NCBI RefSeq assembly: GCF_009914755.1
Contig: NC_060932.1
Reading direction: 5' to 3' (one strand)
Source of the DNA: the human T2T-CHM13v2.0 reference genome, Homo sapiens
Length of the DNA stretch: 64,000 bases
The stretch's first letter is position 1, and each line of letters starts with the position of its first letter. Made by a program: the position numbers and the translations under genes. This document shows, one piece after another, positions 58,686-64,000 of the stretch. The notes beneath the pieces are model-generated. The model made no database searches. It was not told the origin of the DNA and was given only the letters and a program-made list of their open reading frames with translations.

Positions 58686-60230
58686 AATAGAATACTGCAT
58701 TAATCAAGGGCTCTGCTCATAGTAATATCACGATGATCATTTATTCTTTAGTTTAATTAGGATCTTCAACTCGCTGAGACTTTCATGTAAACATTGGTGA
58801 AAGATAGGTCAGCACCACCAGAAAAGAAAAAGCTAAATTATCTTATCATTATGAAATGTGAAAATATATCTCAATGACCAGCAAGTAACAACTGTAGTTG
58901 AACAAATAAATCTGCGTTTACACAAATTGGTAATGTTGAAAGGCAAATACAGAGAATGGGCTTGTCGCGACTCAAGGTGACTAACTTGCTTACCAACGTC
59001 AAGGCAGAGAATGATTAGTTTTCTCCTTTCCTAACTTCCCTAACCTGACTAAGGCCTGATTGTCAAATGTGATATGTCCAAGATGTGCCACAGTGAAGAA
59101 AAAAACTAACTCCACCACCACCACCTGCGACCCCCCGGTGCCCCCGTCGCCTTACTTCTACTCTTCTCTGAAGTTTGAGAGTTACCCATTCCAAATATTT
59201 AGCAGGAAACAGAAATGATACACTGGCCGTCTTGGGGCACTGAGGCACATCCAGACACAGAGGTACACCGCGACCATCTCTCAACTTGCATAACATGACG
59301 ATCAAAATGCTCAGAAATAAAGTGACTCAGGCTGCTCTAGAGTGTTTACTGGGAACAGAGACCCACTCGACATGAGAGCAACTTGAATGAACATAATAGA
59401 AGTCACAAAGTAATTAAATTCTTCCACATCACATGTAAGTATAATGTGTTAATAAAAAAGTAATCGCACCTCCATTGTTTCTGCAGTTTCAGCTTAATTA
59501 GATGGCAGTTAGAACTCTCTCTCTCTCATTCATACTCAGCAAGGACTCCCTTTACCATCTGCTGATAGTTAATTAATATACATTAAACGCCCTGCTCTAT
59601 TATTAAATGTAATTTAACAACTTCCTCTGTACTTTAAATTCAGGGCAACGTGAATGGGAGACATAATGAAGGAAAACAGAGTCTATTCTCCTTATTAAAA
59701 TATTACATACACATTTATCCACACATTACTTCATTTAATCCAATTTTGTTAAGATATTTTTCACCTCTTAAACATGGCATGACTATTGGAAGCTTCGAGA
59801 GTTCACAGTTTACTTCGAGCCAAGAAAAAAATTTTCTTGCTTAGCAGAATAATCTGATTTGAAAATAGTCCCCTTTTTAACCCTTTTTCAAAAGCCTGGG
59901 AATTTGAAGAATCAGTAGGTGATTAGAAAGAAAACAGTGTGGGTTTTTTTCTTATTTAACATTTTCAATAAATGTTTAACACTAAAATGTTATAATGTAT
60001 GGATGTCAGAGGTGAAAGAGAATAATAATAGGTTTAGAGAAAAGAGTTGTCCTTGTTACGGAAATTCAGATGATGTCAAAGTTTCCAGCTTAACTTTACT
60101 TAACTTTCCAAACCAGAGTACTAACCCTGCAAGTTTCTGAATTTGTGAGTGCAAACACAGACTCAGATCAGCATTGTCATGCTCCAGGTTATTTAGCTGG
60201 TTACCGCATGGCAAAAACAAGAACCCAAAC

Positions 60231-60460
60231 CAATGATCTAAGAACAGAGGAGATAGGAAAATGGTTCCCTGCCCCAGGTGCAGACAGCAAGGAAGTAGAG
60301 CATTGTCTAAAGAGAAATTAAAAACAATTATAAAACCAATTAAACGTCAGTCTGCTTTTTATTAGCACCAGGCAGTGGCAATTTCCATGATAAAATACTT
60401 CTTCCCAAGGGACAGACTGGGCCTCCCAAGTCCCCCTTACTTCCCATTGATATGGTACTG
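60231..60460. mobile_element. hAT-Tip100 MITE (Arthur1-like; name uncertain)
   Basis: gccccaggtgcag...gcattgtct...aaaacaattataaaacc...gtctgctttttattagcacc...tgataaaatact; ends caatg...tactg. Confidence 0.5.
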
Positions 60461-60921
60461 CCTAGAGCTCCTGACTCAACCATTCAATCCCAATTTACAA
60501 CACCTTGCCATCTAATTTCACCTCACTTTCTAAAAAATGATTTATAGTAGAAATGTTTCAAATAAGGCGTCTTCGTGTAGGTAAAAATCTATTTTTAGTG
60601 TATCTGAGTTAACCCAAAAAATGCAGATACCAGATTCTGCTTTGAGGAATCCTGGCATGAGTCTACTCTCTGAAAATATAACTCTTAAAGAACCTCTATC
60701 TCTACTAAGTTATTAAGAGGTAGGAAGGAAGAAGTGTCTCAGAAATCCATTGCTCTGAACTCTGCATTCCTAAAAATTCAAAAACTTTCTTTCACGGTAG
60801 CAACATAAAACATCCATTTTTGAACTTAATACATGCTGAAATGTGAGTTCTGGGCATTTCCCCTGGATCCCAGGTCTGCGCTCTCTAAAATTGGCAGACT
60901 TTGGTGTTTAAAAATGAAGTA

Positions 60922-61216
60922 GGCCAGGCACAGTGGCTCACACCTGTAATCCCAGTGCTTTGGGAGGCCAAGGTGAGGGGATTGCTTGTGCCCAAGAGTT
61001 CCAGACCAGCCTGGGCAACACAGCATGACTCTGTTGCTACAAAAAATAAAATAGTCAGGCATGGTACACAAATAGTCCCAGCTACTCAGGAGGCTGAGGC
61101 AGGAGGATCACTTGAGCCTGGGAGGTGAAGGCTGTAGTGAGCTATGATTGCACCACTGTACCCTAGCTGGGGCAACAGAGTGAGACCCTGTCTCAAAAAA
61201 CAAAAACAAACAGACA
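60922..61216 (+). mobile_element. AluJ with TSD aaaaatgaagt/aaaaatgaggt
   Basis: Complete dimer with J-type ggaggatcacttgagcctggg and tgagctatgattgcacc. Confidence 0.95.
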
Positions 61217-61499
61217 AAAAATGAGGTCATGAGGGAATCTAAGAAAACACTGAAAACGTCTTCCAAAGTTTCCTGTGTGAACTAGGCCTTTTCTATAAGG
61301 GAGCTAAGTTTTCTCAGAAAGGGGTATTAACAAAATGTAATGAAGAAGACCAGAGAATAATTTCTAGTCATGGAATTATAGAATGGGATTGCTGGATGAA
61401 CCTAGATATGCTTTCCTGTGGTTCCGTCATATCAAAATGAGGAAATTGAGAATTATGGGTGGTTAAGTCTTTTTGTTTGTTTGTTGCCTTCTCCTTTAT

Positions 61500-61596
61500 A
61501 CTTTTCCTTCTTTTTAAAAAAATTTTACTTTAAATTCTGGGATACATGAGTGGAATGTGCAGGTTTGTTACATAGATATACATGTGGCATGGTGGC
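61500..61596 (-). mobile_element. Short L1PA 3' terminal fragment
   Basis: tactttaaattctgggatacatg...gtgcaggtttgttacatag..atacatgtggcatggtgg. Confidence 0.8.
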
Positions 61597-61884
61597 ATAC
61601 TTTTCCCTCTTTATGCAGCACATAGGAGAGTGGGTGTAATCTTAGGAACAATAGGAGTATGTAGAGTCAATGGAAAGTTCATTCTCATACTTAACAGTTG
61701 ATAAGCTGTGGATCTGAAGTAGGACTCAGGTCTTGCAACCCCAGTGCCCTCTCAATGACAGTATGTTAGACTATTACATTCCTGAGTTAAGTATTTGCTG
61801 TGTTCTCCTCTCTGTCCAAAACACCCAAATTAACCATCCTTTCCCCACCCACTTCCACTTGCTGAGACTGCTTCAAACACGGGT

Positions 61885-62290
61885 AGATATATATTTAGTG
61901 CTTAGTATGTGCTGGGCACTTTGCTAATTTAGGGGGATATAGTATTGAACATGATTTGTAATGTGGTAGGGAAGAAAGACATTAAACTAGAAATTACAAT
62001 TCAAGTACAGTGTGTGATGTGACGTGGGTGTGAAGTACAGGTGCTCTGAGAACACGTAGACCATAAGATCTAGTTAGCTCTCAGGTCAAAGAATGTCTGG
62101 CCAAGAAAAAGATATTTAGGCTGAGCCCTAAAGGATCAGTAGAAGTTAGTCAAGATAAGAGAGTTCTGAAAAGAAGAAACACTTACACGAAAGCCCTGCA
62201 GCCAAATTATGTGATCTGTTCAAAGGACAAGGAAGAACAATTGGATGCTGTTGCTGGAATGCACAAAAGAGGGAGTGATGGCCTAGATGG
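61885..62290 (-). mobile_element. L2 fragment
   Basis: tagtgcttagtatgtgctgggcactttgcta...gtgctctgagaacac...atttaggctgagccctaaaggatcagtagaagttagtc. Confidence 0.7.
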
Positions 62291-62531
62291 GTTTGGTGAC
62301 TGTGAGAATAAAAAGCGTTCATCTGTGGAAGCAACAATGATATGTGGGCATTGCTATCGTGCAGTGGGTAATGCAGTGGACAAGGAAAACCCTTGGTGTT
62401 GTCTAGGTCATGGAAGTCTAGTTCTGTATGTCTTAGTCCCAGCCATTCTCCTTGACGCATGCAATGTTCCCTACAACGCCTATGTTAAGGTTTGTTGTTT
62501 TCATGTTGAGTTCACAAGGTACTCAGGCTAG

Positions 62532-62851
<320 letters not shown>

Positions 62852-64000
62852 TAGTATTCTTCTTTATACCCCTAGTACTTTGCTCAGTGCCCTTCCTGTA
62901 AATAACTCTAAGGTAATGTTTATTAAAGTGAAATTATTTTATCAGAATTCCTGTTCTATCAGGTGTTACAGAAAAAGTTAATTGGGATTAAATTATTCAT
63001 TTAAAGTCACACACCAAAACAGAAATATTCCTCATTTTCACTTCTGAGATTCTCTCCAAGGTTCAAACAGGATCTATCTGTCTACTTCAGGGAAGGTTAA
63101 AGGTTCAACTTCATCCTCTCAGGGACTATCTTTCCAGAAACCCTCATCTCCCTTCTCCCCAGCAAAATCAAAATCCCTTTAGGATAAGTAATTTAAAAGT
63201 TATGAATGCCCGAAGTCTCAGTTGCCTCTGTAAAGATGGGAAGGAGAAAATATTCTCCTCATCACTGTGGCTAAAGCAAACTGTCATTCATTGCTGACAA
63301 AAGAGCCAGGGAAAGCTATTGTTGAGATCAGCCTCTTCCTCCACTATTGCTGACTGCTTCATAGGAAATGATCAGTGAACTTTATGTCCTTTACAGCCAA
63401 CTCATTTTCAAAAGACATGCAAGTGCACAGCCAAGGTATCACTATCATTTCGGAGTTTGTGGTTTTTTTGTTTGTTTGCTTGCTTTTAATTCAATTATTT
63501 CTTAGAGAGAAAAAAAAAAAGGTCTGGAGAAATATAAAGGGAAAGAAACACCCAGTAGAAATATTTAACTGTAATTTCTGATACTAGATAACATCTCTGG
63601 GCTGCCTTCTTCTGTGCTTGATTTTACAAGTGTGAAATTGAATGCATTCACTCTGCCATCCTCAGAGGCCATCAGCAGTTTCACCCTGCTGGCTGCACAG
63701 CGCCACGTGTCCAGAACAGAAAGGACAAGACACTGGTATGGTCCACCCCACGATGCTCTCACTGTGATGATGCAATGGTTTTCTTTTTTCTTTTCTTTTC
63801 TTTTTTTTCAGGCTGGGTATAGCTATTTTTTTTTACCATTTGTTTTTCTACCTGCACATGTCTGACATCTAAAGAATAAAAACCCTGTTAACTTCTAAAA
63901 TTAACATTCTTTCTTGCTTTAGTTGTATTTCTTATCTCTTTTACAGTAGCAATCAAACTTTTTTGAATACAACCCAGAGTAGGAAACACACTTTACATTC

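Noticed and set aside
62211-62531. 106-aa Cys-containing ORF
   Set aside because: Starts inside an L2 fragment at a non-ATG codon; no domain recognised
63684-63712. Possible REST/CTCF site around cacagcgccacgtg
   Set aside because: Only a half-site matches; too many mismatches for either full motif

Overview
AT-rich, CpG-depleted, repeat-dense simian primate genomic DNA, most likely human; the species and locus cannot be fixed without alignment. It is intergenic or deep intronic. I find no credible protein-coding exon, RNA gene or CRISPR-like array: the supplied ORFs are translations of Alu, L1, Tigger1, LTR or simple repeats, or chance short frames. The window contains about 18 Alu/FLAM/FRAM copies, MIR, L2 and L1 fragments, MaLR/ERVL/ERV1 LTRs, a two-LTR MLT1 provirus, a near full-length Tigger1 with nested insertions, and hAT/mariner MITEs. 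I see no sequence support for a new gene-based biological system. The most unusual structures are local copy events. (1) A 354-bp inverted copy of nearby L2 sequence sits inside an MST LTR, with a junction hairpin, and preserves the pre-AluY empty site. (2) A gap-free 195-bp inverted copy of part of a nearby LTR. (3) A MIR-containing block flanked by a 19-bp direct repeat. There is also an inverted L1 lacking several kb between its two parts, a candidate short L1 3' transduction, and a few motif-rich repeat-free blocks that may be regulatory. Repeat subfamily names come from recalled consensus sequences and should be confirmed with RepeatMasker/Dfam.
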